The position numbers and the translations under genes are program-made. The notes under the pieces were generated by a model that saw nothing but the letters and a program-made list of their open reading frames with translations, searched no databases and was not told the DNA's origin. DNA of 57,554 bases, filler included, from Dirinaria sp. TL-2023a (taxonomy: Eukaryota), in assembly GCA_051941275.1 (NCBI GenBank). It is 5 parts of 5 records of this genome, joined end to end, with 100 filler letters (N's around TTAATTAATTAA, not from the genome) between each part and the next. Parts side by side here need not be neighbours in the genome. Positions count along the whole stretch, not along the records: positions 34,682 to 46,070 come from JAVEBF010000846.1; positions 46,171 to 57,554 come from JAVEBF010000847.1; 3 more parts are not named here. One strand, written 5' to 3'. Below are positions 35,101-47,654 of the stretch, one piece after another. How positions within the stretch are numbered: the first letter of the stretch is position 1; the number at the start of each line of letters is the position of its first letter.

Positions 35101-38100
35101 TTACGCCCCAAGCACCACCTTCGGCCTCGCCTTGTCGATCTCATCCTGCCGGCGCCGCCACTCCTTGCCCTTGCGGCTCAACTCCCTCAGGTTCCGGATA
35201 TACCAATCGGCCGCCTTGCCCTCGTCCTCGTCCTCGGCCTCGAGCTGCTTGCGCCGGCGCGCCTGGCTCGCGCGGTACAGCGTCCACGCCTTCTCCGGGC
35301 TCTGCACGTCCGCCAGCGCGTATTCCACCGTCCACCGGTCCTGCGACGTGAGATCCTGCGGCCGGAGCACGAATTTGTCGTTGACTTTGTTGCGGATGGT
35401 CAGCGTCATTGCGAGGAGGTCTTTGGGTTCTGACGGGGGCGGGAGATCTTGGGCGACGGTGTCGAGGAAGGGGGCGTCTGCTTGGGTGGTGAAGTTTTCG
35501 TCTTCTTCAGTACAGGTGGGCGGTTGCTCGGTTGCTGCTGTTAGGGTTGTTGAGTCGGTATTGCTTGGCTGGTTTTCGTCCTCAGCACCTGTTTCGAGCT
35601 CGCTGCTGTCTTGAATACTCGCCCATTGCTCGTCGGTAGTTGCCTCGCCGAGAGTCTCGGTGTCGTTTTCGCTCCTTTCAGCGTCTGAGCTCTCTTCATG
35701 TTCCTGAAATGCTGTTTCATCGCTCGCTGTAACATTTTGTACCTCTTGGAAAAGCGCGTCTTGATCTTCAATATCAAACCCGAGGCTGTCCTCATTCTCC
35801 TCCGCATGCTGGATATCTCGATCTGATCTTGATGCAGCTACTAAGCCTTCATCAAAATCTTGAGGGTCAGTCTCGGCTAGTATATAATCATCATCAGAAG
35901 GCTGCGACGGATATAGGCTTGAGCCTGCTTCGTGGCCGATTTGGCCCAGATGCTCTTCCTCCACTTCGGATGCATCCACAGACGTTTCATCTTTTTCCAT
36001 CTGTTTTTCAACGCTGGCTTGCATGTCGGCCCATTTACCATCATCGCCATCTGACTCCTCTACTCCTCCATTGTCATTACACAGGCCGAGGATATTGCGT
36101 TCGAACTCCTCAACTTTCGCATCGCTAGACGACTGCAGTTCGTTGATCTGGTCCTCGGTCATGGGCTCGGCAAAGATATACATGAACGGCGTCTGTGCCT
36201 CGCGGGTCTCGAAATGTATTCGAAGAGACTATCCACGTTAATTCAGAGGACTGATGTGATGGGGCATTTGGCACACAAACCTGCTTAGGATATTTCTTGG
36301 TAGCTCTGTCCAGAACTTTGTTGAGCAAACCCAAGCTCAGCTTGAATTCCTGGTCGCCAAGTGCCAAGTCCCATTGACCGTGTAAAGCCGCATCCATCTC
36401 TGAGCAGCTGATGTACTGGAAGCCAAAGATCCTTTGCGTGTTATGGAAGGCGACAAAAATGCCATCCATTCGACCCATTCTGACCTGCAAAGAGTACTTG
36501 AGGAATGCCGCTCGTATCATATCAAAATATTCACGCTCATACGACTCCCAGGCACCATGACGTGTTTTGATTTCATAATCCATGCCTTTTTCATACTGCT
36601 GCGCATCCATGCGGACAGCGACGACGGCCCGAGTCTTCAAGTCGAACATGCCGGTCCCCGGCAGCCGAGAGTCGTGTGCATCCAGTTGCGAACGCATAAG
36701 GAAATTTCCCACCGTCGAGTAATGGTAAGACTCTGGTGCGTTTCGCTCTTCGGGCGAGACCTGCGCGGGATTCGACTTACGATACTTCTCAAAATCGTCT
36801 TTGCTTAGAGTTAGCAGCTTCTCCATTGATTTCCCCAGCATCATGAGAATGTTGGCGCCTGAAAATTCCTTGTCCGCGTCAATGGCGTAATGGCCATCCT
36901 TCCAACGAAGAAAGACAGCATTTGGGGCACGTTGAAGCTGCGTAAAAGTTTTCGTAGTATCCTTCGCCGGAAATTCGCTCGAAAGCATGTCCGTTTGAAT
37001 TCTACGCCATTGAGAGAGCAGGTAATGGAAATGCGCTAAGATTCCTGTCATGCTAGAGGACGACCCAGTATAACGTTTGCCGGACTCTCGGGCAATGGCG
37101 TCGAGAGCTTTATCGCGGGAAGAAGTGATGTACCCTTTTAACGCATCGAAATCAAACTCGACAACGGGCATAATTTTCTGCAGATAGGGATCGAAATTAT
37201 ACACTCGTGATCTCGGATCTTGTATGTGGTATACGCCAGGACTGGCCATATGTTAGCGGGTAGACCGAAGTTTCTACGACAAGATACACACTTGAACAAT
37301 ACCCGGTCCAATCCATAGCTCAAATTCGGTACAGCAGGTTGGGGTAAGTTGATCGCTACTACCAGTTAGCAGAATCCTTGGTACAAGCATGCGTCTTGTA
37401 CAGACGTTGCAGCTCCAGCTCGGCAGCCTTAACAGCCTCAATCACTAAATTTTCGGTTGAGCCGGTTCGTGGAGGGGGTCTCAATACCGATCCCTTCGAT
37501 ATTTTCACGGCATCTTCTCGCTTCGGTAGATTGTGTTTCGTATTGCGATTTGGATGAGGTGTGGGTTCGATTGAATTGGACATATGTCTCCGAATTATTA
37601 CTCGACGTGGCTCAATGGAGATTTTGCGGAAATGTTTCCGTCTCATCACTCGACGTGGCTCAATGGAGATTTTGCGGAAATGTTTCCGTATCTTCGATCC
37701 CTTTTCATTCAACAGCTTTCTGCTAACCAAAACAGCTCGCAATCTATTTTTTACACGGAGCGCTGACTTAGCTTTGTGGGTATTATCCACCTTCTTAAGC
37801 ACCTTAGAACCTCCTTCTAGAGAGTTCGAAAGAAGCTTGACAAGCTTGCTGTTGTCCCCTACAGCCAAAGATGTATCCTGCACTGCTGGTATAACATGAG
37901 ATTTGTCATCTTCATCTCGAGGTTCTGCCTTGCTCGGGCCAGGGCCATCAGTGGTAGACGGGGGAGAACCCTTCTTTTTGGCTTCCTTGTTTGGAATAGT
38001 ACTTTTGTCGGTAGCTGCAGGGTCGACACTATATGACGGCTGGTTTCTGGGCGAGCCCTTCAACTTGTTCAACTTTTGCTTTCTTCGTCTTCGCTGTCGA

Positions 38101-38671
38101 CTTGAAGTAAGCTTAGTCTCCTGTTGCTTCGCCTCGGTGGAAGGGTTTGCTTTCGAAATTGACGCCTGATTCTCATTTGAGGTGTTCGGTTTGTTCACCG
38201 GAATTATTTGACTATTGCTTTGACGGCGACGCTCAGCATACTGATGTTGGAGGATTTGCTGCCGTTTTGCAGCTTCAGGGCTAGGAGGATTTGAAGGAAA
38301 AGCGACAGTCTATGCGACGTTAAGACATCGTAATATATTAACATACGACTGAGGTCAAGCTCCATACGTACCTGACCGGCGGTCTGAGATAGGACGGGTT
38401 TCGGATTTTCTAGGCCGTGATCCGGTGCAATCGGTTGCACGGTCGGTTCTTTAGACTTATATTGAATGGCCTTCTGAGACTTGGTTTTCTGAATCTTCGG
38501 GTCTGGAAGCTGAAAGGCGAGCTCGCCGCTGCTTGCGGTGCTATTAGATGTTCCGGTATGCTTGGAGCGGAGGCGCTGGCGGCCATGGGGATAGATTTTT
38601 CTGAGGTGGCAGAATAAGCAAATGACATCTTGAGTGGAGCTGAAGACACCCCTGGCATGTCTGAGGCTCAT
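35101..38671 (-). CDS. PET127: Mitochondrial 5'-3' RNA-processing exonuclease Pet127 (about 5 exons)
   Basis: LSYGLDRVLF, PGVYHIQDPRSRVYNFDPYL, GSSSSMTG, MRSQLDAHDSRLPGTGMFDLKTRAV, LQVRMGRMDGIFVAFHN. The N-terminus is Arg/Ser-rich and presequence-like. Confidence 0.95.
37561..37689 (-). repeat. 48-bp period in-frame tandem duplication inside PET127
   Basis: 42-bp identical blocks at 37600-37641 and 37648-37689 (RKHFRKISIEPRRV twice), plus a degenerate third copy (RRHMSNSIEP). Confidence 0.9.
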
Positions 38672-41600
38672 TCAGGTTAATAAAAGCAGATGAAGAGTAC
38701 AGTAATGCGTGGAAGGACTTGGGAACATAAGTTTTTAATTTATACTGTACACTGCTACTATGGTCGAAGAGCTTGCAGGCAGGGCTTGGCAACGATCTTG
38801 ACCAAGTAAGGTTACAGTAGTAGTTTAGAATACATTGTAGGAAAGGAGGTACTCGTAAGGTAAGATAAGGTTGTGACAGGGGCGGTTGATTGGGGAATAC
38901 TGGCTTTCCTCAGCACACGTAGTACTGCAGTACTCATACACCAAGGTAGGATTATGATACTATCATACAATTAATTAGAGAAAGAGGTAAATATTGTTTT
39001 TCATCGACAAATTCACGGAACACAGAGTTCTGAATGACATTTTGACTTTTCGCCTGCTTTGTTGTCATTATGGATAGATACACACAGCGCGATCCGGCCA
39101 CATAATTGCATAGCTTTCCATTGTGAGGTACTTGAGCTCTTATCCAGATTTTCCAGGCTTCACAAGGGTAAATTGTAGCAGCAATATTCAATTCGGGAAC
39201 TGTGCCCAGTAGCACCTGCTGAGAGCAACCTCTTTAGTTTGCAAGGGCCAAGAGTTGTTGCTGCTAATGATTGCTGCCCGTATTAGAAGAAAAGTAGGCA
39301 ACCCATTGAAATTGGCTTCTGAACCATATTCAAGATTAGATTTGCCCTTCGCGATCTCTCAAGTCTCTTTGTACTGAGAGGTTTACCAACAACTTGCACA
39401 TGTCAAGAGTTGTGAAAAACTGATTTGGAGGTGGTGCTGTATCACAGCCGTCCCATTCGAGGCACCTAGAGAGTTTGGCTTCGAAAAAACATCGTCCTCC
39501 TTGACAGCGTCTGCGTATGCTTCTTCTGGATAGAATGTCTGGCTTGATTCATTCTGAGCTTCACAATCTCCACCTTTGCTTCTTCCCTATTCACCGAGCT
39601 TGTTGACATAATCTTCACGAAACCTGCCATCGTAAAGTCTGTTGTTACAATTTGAGTGAAACATATATCCCAGTCTATTAGCTGAGCCGTCGATGTAAAA
39701 CAACGGTACTCGATCGCTGTCGTTTGCTTGTTTGTTGATTGTCTTTAGCATCAGCGTTGACAATCTTGTATGTATTGATGAGATCCTGTTCCTAGCTTAG
39801 CATCTCGCATTTCCTGGCTCATGTGCGCCTCATACCCACAGTTCCAAGCTGTTTCGCGGGAGAGACGGCCATATTTCGCGTTTCACGCGGCTTTGAAAGA
39901 CGATTCAGCAGCAGGAGATTTCTAGCTAATTTCGTCTGTAAAGTCTTCGCTCACCAAAGTTAGATGCTCCCCTTTAGGTATCTCAACCAGCTGAATCTGC
40001 GCGAAATCGGTGGTAACGCAAATGCCTTGGTAGAGTGGAAATTGTAGTCAAGGCAGGATTTGCTGTTATACGCATTATAAAATTATATCTAATTCTTCTT
40101 AGACCAGTTGAGTTCGAGTACCAATACATCCTCGGAAGGAGCGACGGCGGATCATTATAGTGACTCGTCATTCTCGCACCATCCCGAGGTTGAACTGCTG
40201 CACTATTGACCGGTCGCGACGTTGACCTTGCTGTCGAACTGTCTACTCACAATGACGTGGGCATTTCTGCTTCTTGCTGATGAGGGTTTTTGGGTCGAAG
40301 TAGCCTGCGGATCGGAGCAGTTGCGTATCGATGTCGGATTCTATGTTCTTAGTTCCCTAGCGAAATCGACACAGGGTTTCCTTCGTTCACTAAGTCTGAC
40401 ATGGACAATGTTCCTTCTGCCCAAGGATGTTTTAGGTACATCAACTTCCACGACGAGCCTTACCTGAGATTGTGTACCCATTCCGGAACGATCTTCTAGG
40501 AGGTCCTCCGGCAAATTTGTGAGCGACATGATCATGTAGCAATGCGCGACATGCTATATAACAAGGCGATGAATCTCGTTCGATATGATGGAATCGTCAA
40601 AGCAATTCCAATTTGGATTGAGGTATCGCAACTGCTGCTTCCTAGATGGCGTGGATAAAACCGGTAACCATGGTCCGACCATGTAGCACAAGTAGGCACT
40701 TGGCGAAAACGCTGAAGCAGTTTGAAAAGAAAAAGCCTGGCTCTGCCAACATCAGATCCTGAACCTCATCCATATTGTATGTAGTGGGCGTGCTCATTCT
40801 GGCGAAAAAGATGACACCACTTGGTGAAGGTAAAGAGCAGAGTATAGGAGAGCGGAGTGAGAGACGGTATCAGGAACAATGCTATTGGACAATGACGACT
40901 TTCCATGGCGCGCTTCAGGCGTCTCCAAAATATGGCAGAGTTCGTGCCACAGCCCACCAAGCCGGTGCGTATATAAGGTAAGATCTTGCAGTATGTCTAC
41001 AACATACACAACCTCAACCTCAACCTCGTGAGCGGCTCTGATAGACTCGATGATATTGATTAGCACGCCACTTGCAGAGCGTTTGTGATGCGGTCCAATT
41101 AACAATGCCCGTGGATGTGTGGTCCATATGTACCATGGATCCGGAGTTCCAGCTTGCTGGTAACCGTCGGCGGCGGAACTTGTGATGAGTCTTTCGAGGT
41201 TCGCTGTCGCTGAGCCTGAGCCTGTGCCTGTGCCTGTACTCGTACTCAGGACGCGACGACTCCCCATCATTCTTTCGATAAGACTGATAAGATGGCAATG
41301 CGGACTCTCATTGCCCGAGCTCAGGTAACACAAAGATGTGCATCTGGCGCCACCAACCTGGTTGACGATCTCGCTTACGTCCTGGAACGTCGAATGGCTT
41401 GCATAATGTACCTGATTGGTAAGGTACATGTACCTTGTATGAATCTTACCACGGCAGTGGCACCGCAAGGGAACCTCAACCCTCAATAATAATAGGTAGG
41501 TATTTCTTTTTTAAAAAAGCTTCCTTCCCCTTTCGATCTCCCTATCGAGTATCGGCTTCCATCTCCCCTGGAAAATGGAAAATGAGTGGTGCAGTCCTGT

Positions 41601-43051
41601 CATCCTTCAATCTTCCCACCCACCTACCTTACACACGGAGAGAGAGACAGACGTAGAATGGGAAAACCTCAGCCTCACCCACAGTGGCTCTAACTTTTTT
41701 CGTCGTCATCAACCGCCCCAACATCATTATTAAGGGATTTAGGTATGATTATCACCATTCGCGCAGTAAGGTATGTGTTGGCTCTCCGTCTTAGTCACCG
41801 ATTTCTCATGTCCCAGTCTTTCAAACGTCAGAACTCTTATTGGCTAGATGGAACACTAATCGATCATGGCAGATGTACCCACCCTTCTTTAAGCTTTGAG
41901 CCTTTACCTTCTCTACCGTCCAACTCCGTGATCTGGCTAGAACCGGTCTCCATTCCGATATTCCACCAGGTCCCCCACCGAACTGCGAATCCCGTCGGCA
42001 CCTGAAAAGTGATAATGCATGGAGAGCCGGCGCCGATCGTTTATTGGGACGCATCAGGCATGCTCGACGTTGTCTCCCCTCGACTGCCCCTTCCTTCTTG
42101 GGCCCGGAGGTCACATTGAAGAAGTCCCGCTGAGAACAACGAGCAACATGCCATGGAGCCTTTCGTTCTTGTTCCCGACCATTCTAGTCCTTCCGCCGTA
42201 TAGAATGCCCACTAGACTGCCCGTGTTTCGTCTAGAACGTGCATGGCATTAGGAGTGATAGGAAGCTTTGCGCTAGATTCAACGGTAAGTCGCCGCTATT
42301 GAAGTTTGCGTGTCCTCAGCCGATTGAGGCATCTTCTCCTGACTACCGGGTGCGACTCACCACGTACCCAAACATGCAACGCACCGTCAGATGGCAATTT
42401 GACAAAAGACTACGCCGCGGCTGTTGTTCCATTGGTTGGTCCCGAGTCGGCATACCACGAAGTGGCCTCAGGATGCTGCTGTGGTACTGCCCGAGCGAAG
42501 CAGAGGAGATCGGCTTATCTACAAGAAAACGTCTTCTGAATCTTTGGAGGTTGAGCTTTGATACGAGTTTCCAGATATTTCGCTCCGTCTCCTTCACAAG
42601 AACAAGATTCTGCGAGGGACCGGCATGATGACGATCATCATAGTGCCGGGCACGATAAATAGCCGCATCCTGTCGGGCAAAGGCACTTAGGCGAGCTTTC
42701 GAGGGCTACTACTGCATTACGTGCAGAACGCGGGCTGGTCGTGCCCATTAGGCAGTCTCGGTGGCTATGCGAGAGTAGCGATCGGCTACAGTAGGGCGGA
42801 GATGAGGTATCCTGCTTGAACAAGGGCCTCGGCGTCGTGGGTGTGTTCGTGGGTGGCTCTAAACATGCCAACATCTCAGAAACGATTCTAGTTCTCTAGT
42901 CCCAAATCGTCACTTGACACGAACAGTACACAGGCGATTCTTATACATATATATTACGGACCATTATTATCGCCATGTATCCCATCACAGAATGTCCCTC
43001 GAGGCATCAAAGCCAGTATTATTCTAGTCGGGAGGTTCGGTGCTCGCATTC

Positions 43052-45199
43052 ATGGCTTCGGCAGTAAGTTAGATCAAAGCTAAATTTTCTTGCCTCAACT
43101 TAAACGAGCCCCCTTTATTAGTCACGGCTAATTTTACGTGGAAGGAGGATTCTGCTTGCTGCAACTTGGCAGCGTTCATAATCGGTCCGACGCTTGCTGA
43201 TGATCAGATACGGTGCGTGCTTACTGCTTGGACATCTCCCCTAAGGCCCTAGGTCACATGTCATCGATAGCGATGCTGAACATTTTCTTATGACAGAGAC
43301 ATCGGGGAGCGTCTGCTGGTACCTCACGATGTCTCTCATCATAGTGAAGCCCTCCGTGTGCTCATACAAGACGCACACGTCCGTGGGGTTATCCTGATTT
43401 CTGAAGAAGCTGGAGGTAGAAACCCTAGCGGAGCTTTCAAAGACTCTGAAGAAGGTGGCCATTGAGAAAGATAGCAGATGCCGCTCGAGCTTCTCATTTA
43501 ATCAGCAGTCTGCACCGTTACCAAAGCCCAACTGAGCAGGCTGGAAGCCTACTCATTGGCAATGATTATAAAAACCGCTGGGTGAGTTATACTGTACTTC
43601 ATCATCTCCATGGGTTTCAAATTACGATCGACACGCTCTTCACGCTTAACAATGGAAAACGCGATTATTGACCCAACATCTCTGCCCGTTTGACAATCCG
43701 ATTCCTTTTTTTTTTTAAATACTGTATCTCTGGTCTATGCTCGAGTCAGGGAGGCTTTGATCTACGGCTATCATCATCCACAAATGGCTCTCGGCTCGGA
43801 TCAAGCTAATTGTCGTACGCATGGATGTTAGGTCAGTCAACCATTTCCCAATCCCGCAAGCCTCGCCGCCAGCCGTTCTGCATCAAAGACTACGAGCATC
43901 GGCGAAGCACTTGCGAGAGATTCATCGGCGGTCGGTATTCAGTGGAGTTTGGGACCTGCTATTGACAGCATCGCAGCACTGACAGAGCCTTTGGACGCAT
44001 GCGAGAGATTCAGCGACGATGCTCCAACAGTAGTTCGTTATGCCTCGGCCTTTCTGGAAGGTCTTACTTCTGGCGGAGTTGGGCCATGCCCTATAGCTGA
44101 TCTAACTTCCATGCTACAGGAGGTGTATCGTTCCAACGCTGACGGAGTACCCGATGTTGACGAGCTCGTGCTACGAGAAGATTTTCATCCGCTGCGGCAA
44201 CTGATTGAGGCGCAATCGGTCGACAGCCTGTTACTTAAGGCATCGCTTGAAGATTTCGCAGACTTGCGAAAAGCAAGCCGGTGCCTTCAGCTACTCATAG
44301 AGCATCTATTACGTCGGCGCCTGCGTTACCGTGGGCTGGTGATCTTAGACTGCTCTCAGGTCAACGGTAACGGTAACAAATGCTTGAGGCATGCGCCTTT
44401 GAGAGGTCTTTTATCTGGCGCGGATATGGTTACTCTACCATATGACATCGAAAGCCAGACAGCTTGCATCCAGGCAATACATGCAGCGGCAGGAGCTTCG
44501 GCTCTGGACAGGTCAGCCACGGCTCAGGTCGCAGGTCGAATACGGTCTTTCAAAGCTCACTCGTTGCCTGGGAGTGGCACTGGTCGGCCCACAGCGGTCC
44601 AAGCCTCTCTATCTCAGCAACACACGAATCTCGTACAGGACGCCTACCGTAGCGCTACGACAGCCTTATCCAGCGTTACATCACCATTACTGGGTCTAAG
44701 TGCAAGCTCCGTTCTCGTACTTCTGACGCCCAGCGTTCCTCCGTTGGCAACTTCAACCAACACGTCCACTTCCGATCCCTTTGAGCGGTTTGGCCGTGCT
44801 ATTGCCGGCTTTCATCCGCGCACCCGGCACGTGCCGTATACTCTCTCGGCAGGTCTCACAAGCACGCACAAGGCCTTCATCGATCGCGCGGCTGCCGTTA
44901 TCCTGGTCCTGTGCAACACCAGCAGTGCCTTCACAGAAACGCAGGTGGAGTTTATCATCGCCATCCAGGATCACATCCGAGCGTGCGAGTCAAGGCCGGG
45001 CCAGCAGAGGATCCGAAAAGCACTGCTCGCGGCGGGCGACCCTCGGGACTTGAACGGGCCTCTCGAAGGCTGGTGGGAGGTTTGCTCCTATGAGTACACA
45101 CCTGGAGCCTTGGACGCTGCAGCCGAGGTGCTCACGGGACAGAGGAGAGCCACGGGCCGTTTGCCGGTGAAGATCGGGCGATACCTCAATAGCAGCTAA
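43052..45199 (+). CDS. Degenerate GH3 beta-N-acetylhexosaminidase-like protein (Nag3/Ngs1-like), about 550 aa, 5 exons
   Basis: Spliced model MASA|EDS...DDQIR|DIGERLLVP...LRVLIQDAHVRGVIL...|DAARASHLISSLH...LLIGNDYKNRW|VSQPFPNPASLAAS...AVGIQWSLGPAID...LLRRRLRYRGLVILDC...GADMV...LVLLTPSVPPL...HVPYT...RAAAVILV...CSYEYTPGALDAAAEVLTG...GRLPV. This is collinear with the fungal GH3 N- and C-domains, and all introns are GT-AG and phase-compatible. Confidence 0.85.
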
Positions 45200-46070
45200 G
45201 AGACACACGATACGTGGTGCAGGAGGGCTTGGACAGCTACGCCGAGACGCTGGTGACTTACTCTCTCTCTCTCCTACGAAAGAATTCCCGGGTTTCGTGC
45301 CCCTTGTAACGAAAAAGAAAAAAACGCGAGCCTCACCTCCTGGGGGAGATCTAGAAGCGGAGGGTTCTACCTACCTACGTACCTCCCGTATGCCGGTTCG
45401 AGCGTCCAGCACTCAACAAACGATTCCTTTACTTTTCTTCTATTTTACGGTCTAGTATCTTTTTCTGTCTGCCAATTTCAGGGCCCATGCATGCATGTAT
45501 CATTCAATTTTTTTTTCAAATTTCTTTTCTCACGATCAGTGCTCACTCAACAGATGCTTCTTCTTTCTTGCACATCGTTTTTCCTGATTTTACAATTTGC
45601 ACTGAGCTTTATACAATGATGTTTGTTGTTCATATACCTATATAGTATAAACCATCATCAATAAGACGATCTAGAATTTTTTTTCCCCGTTCCATACATA
45701 AAAAAAGCCGTCTCATGTCTGACTAATGTTCTAAGTGCATTCGTGGACGTTTTTCTCTCACGATCACGGCTTGCTTTATGTCACACATACATATACACAC
45801 CCTCTCTGACTTTATTTGCAGAGATGCGGAAGAAATATTGTTTTGCTATTGCATTTTATCTTTCAAACTATCTACCTAGCCTTAACTGGCTGGGGGCCAA
45901 TCCAGCCAGCTACAAACGATAAGGGGTATCTCTGACATTTCCTTAAGTCACCTTGTAGACGCCTCATGAGTAAAAGCTATCGACTCCCATCCGAGGAATG
46001 TATCGGAATCCCTCCTAGAGCGCCTGAACACATACGCTTTCAGATCATCAAATAACCCCCTTCCCAACAC

Positions 46071-46170
46071 NNNNNNNNNNNNNNNNNNNNNNNNNNNNNN
46101 NNNNNNNNNNNNNNTTAATTAATTAANNNNNNNNNNNNNNNNNNNNNNNNNNNNNNNNNNNNNNNNNNNN
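46071..46170. other. Artificial contig spacer
   Basis: 44 N + TTAATTAATTAA + 44 N. Confidence 0.98.
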
Positions 46171-46292
46171 GATTCAAGTTTAGTCATATTCGTAAATAAA
46201 TTGTTCCTGCTTTAGAGTGCACACTCCGCCGCTTTAGCTTCAATCATGAATCAATCATACATTGCTCATTGAGTCATTGCCCTCTGTTCTGT

Positions 46293-47654
46293 TCATCTCC
46301 CACCATTCCATAATTCTTGCCTGTTATGCCTCGGCCCCAGCTCTGGTATGACTCGTGGTAGCTCTATCGGGTCTTGATTCTGCGTGTCATTGTCCAGTGC
46401 GTATTCATTCAGTATGTCGTTATATGCCATCTGATCCAGCTGGATAGATTCTCCGTCTCGGCCTGCATTGGTGAATCCCAGCGTATGTATGCGGAGATCG
46501 GGTCCGCTGACTCTTCTTTGCCTGTTCTCGCCGATCCAAGCGAAGAACATTCTGTACCCCAGCCGAGGGAGGATGGCGCAGAAGACGGCTAGATGAGCTT
46601 CGATGACGCTGTACATGACCGCTAGGATCGACAGTTCGTATCTGTATTCGGCCGAAGCGTCGAAGCGTTTGTAGAGGAGAGTGAGCCGGAGGATGGAGAT
46701 GGCAGTTGTTCTGATACGATCGGAAGACGTTAGCTCGAATTTTGGATAGGAGTATAAAAAGACTGCGTAAGTCAGAGAGATAGTGAGACTTACGAGGCAC
46801 CTGCCAGGAACAGGAGTACATAGACAAGTTTGCCTAGCGTAACACGTTGTGTCCTCCAGATCCAGACCACAGGTAGAAAGAGAATGGCCACGTCGAGGAC
46901 CATATGAAAGATGTTGGTATACCAGACTCTGATTTGATATACCTTATTCGGGCCTGATGTCCAATACTCGGCGAAGTCTGTTCCGTTCTCGAATACGACA
47001 AAGAAAACCTGGTAAGCTGTCAGCGAAGGCACGAGTACTGATAGCAGGACCGTGTGGGCGAGATACGCTTGAAAGCCACCAAAGGAAGATCATCAGATGC
47101 AAGACCATTAGTAGAGTCCTCTCCCGTCTATACCGTCCCTTGTCGATGACTTCACGGAATACACGGTCGAGATACAAGAGTACCGAAGACGATACCGTCC
47201 ACAATACTGTAAGCCACCCAATGTGGGTAGCAAAATTCATTTTCCCCACGTGAAGGTCGTATATGTCGTCTGGTCGAGCAGGGTTTTTCCTGATGTCCAC
47301 TGTGAAGTATAAGTACTGTACTGTAGAAAGGCCAAGAAGCACTGCCTTACAATAACCGTTTAGTATGGTGATTGCGACAGTGAGATACTGCCCCTCTCAT
47401 TAGAGTCTAAGGGAGGTGATATCTTCCAGTCCTACGGTGCTCACATATGCGAAGAATAGGATTCTTTCGCTCCATGAAAAGCGCCAACTGTTATCCTGGG
47501 AGAATGCCTCTCGCCGGGTCTTTTTGGCCATCGCGATGATGGTTGAAATATAGAGTATCATCGTAATGAGGCTGAGGGCAAAAAACAGGGTTATGAGAAC
47601 AAGCGAGACTGTCCAATTAGAATTGCAACGCTTCAATTGATCCTGATTCAACAT
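46293..47654 (-). CDS. PTH11-like 7TM integral membrane protein (fungal rhodopsin-domain family, no CFEM), 4 exons
   Basis: Motifs LWTVSSSVLLYLDRVF, FHMVLDVAILFLPVVWIWRTQ, LFLAG, AISILRL and YSVIEAHLAVFCAILPRL; about seven hydrophobic segments. Confidence 0.85.

Noticed and set aside
40794..41486. 230-aa minus-strand ORF (TGTGTGSGS, EVEVEV)
   Set aside because: Openness is partly explained by hexamer microsatellites; non-ATG start and no domain recognised.
41745..42874. Overlapping short ORFs and splice-donor-like sites upstream of the GH3-like gene
   Set aside because: No consistent gene model or known motif; could be leader or uORF sequence but cannot be supported without RNA data.
45370..45420. 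GGTTCGA T-loop-like motif suggesting a tRNA
   Set aside because: No cloverleaf, acceptor stem or A-box could be built.
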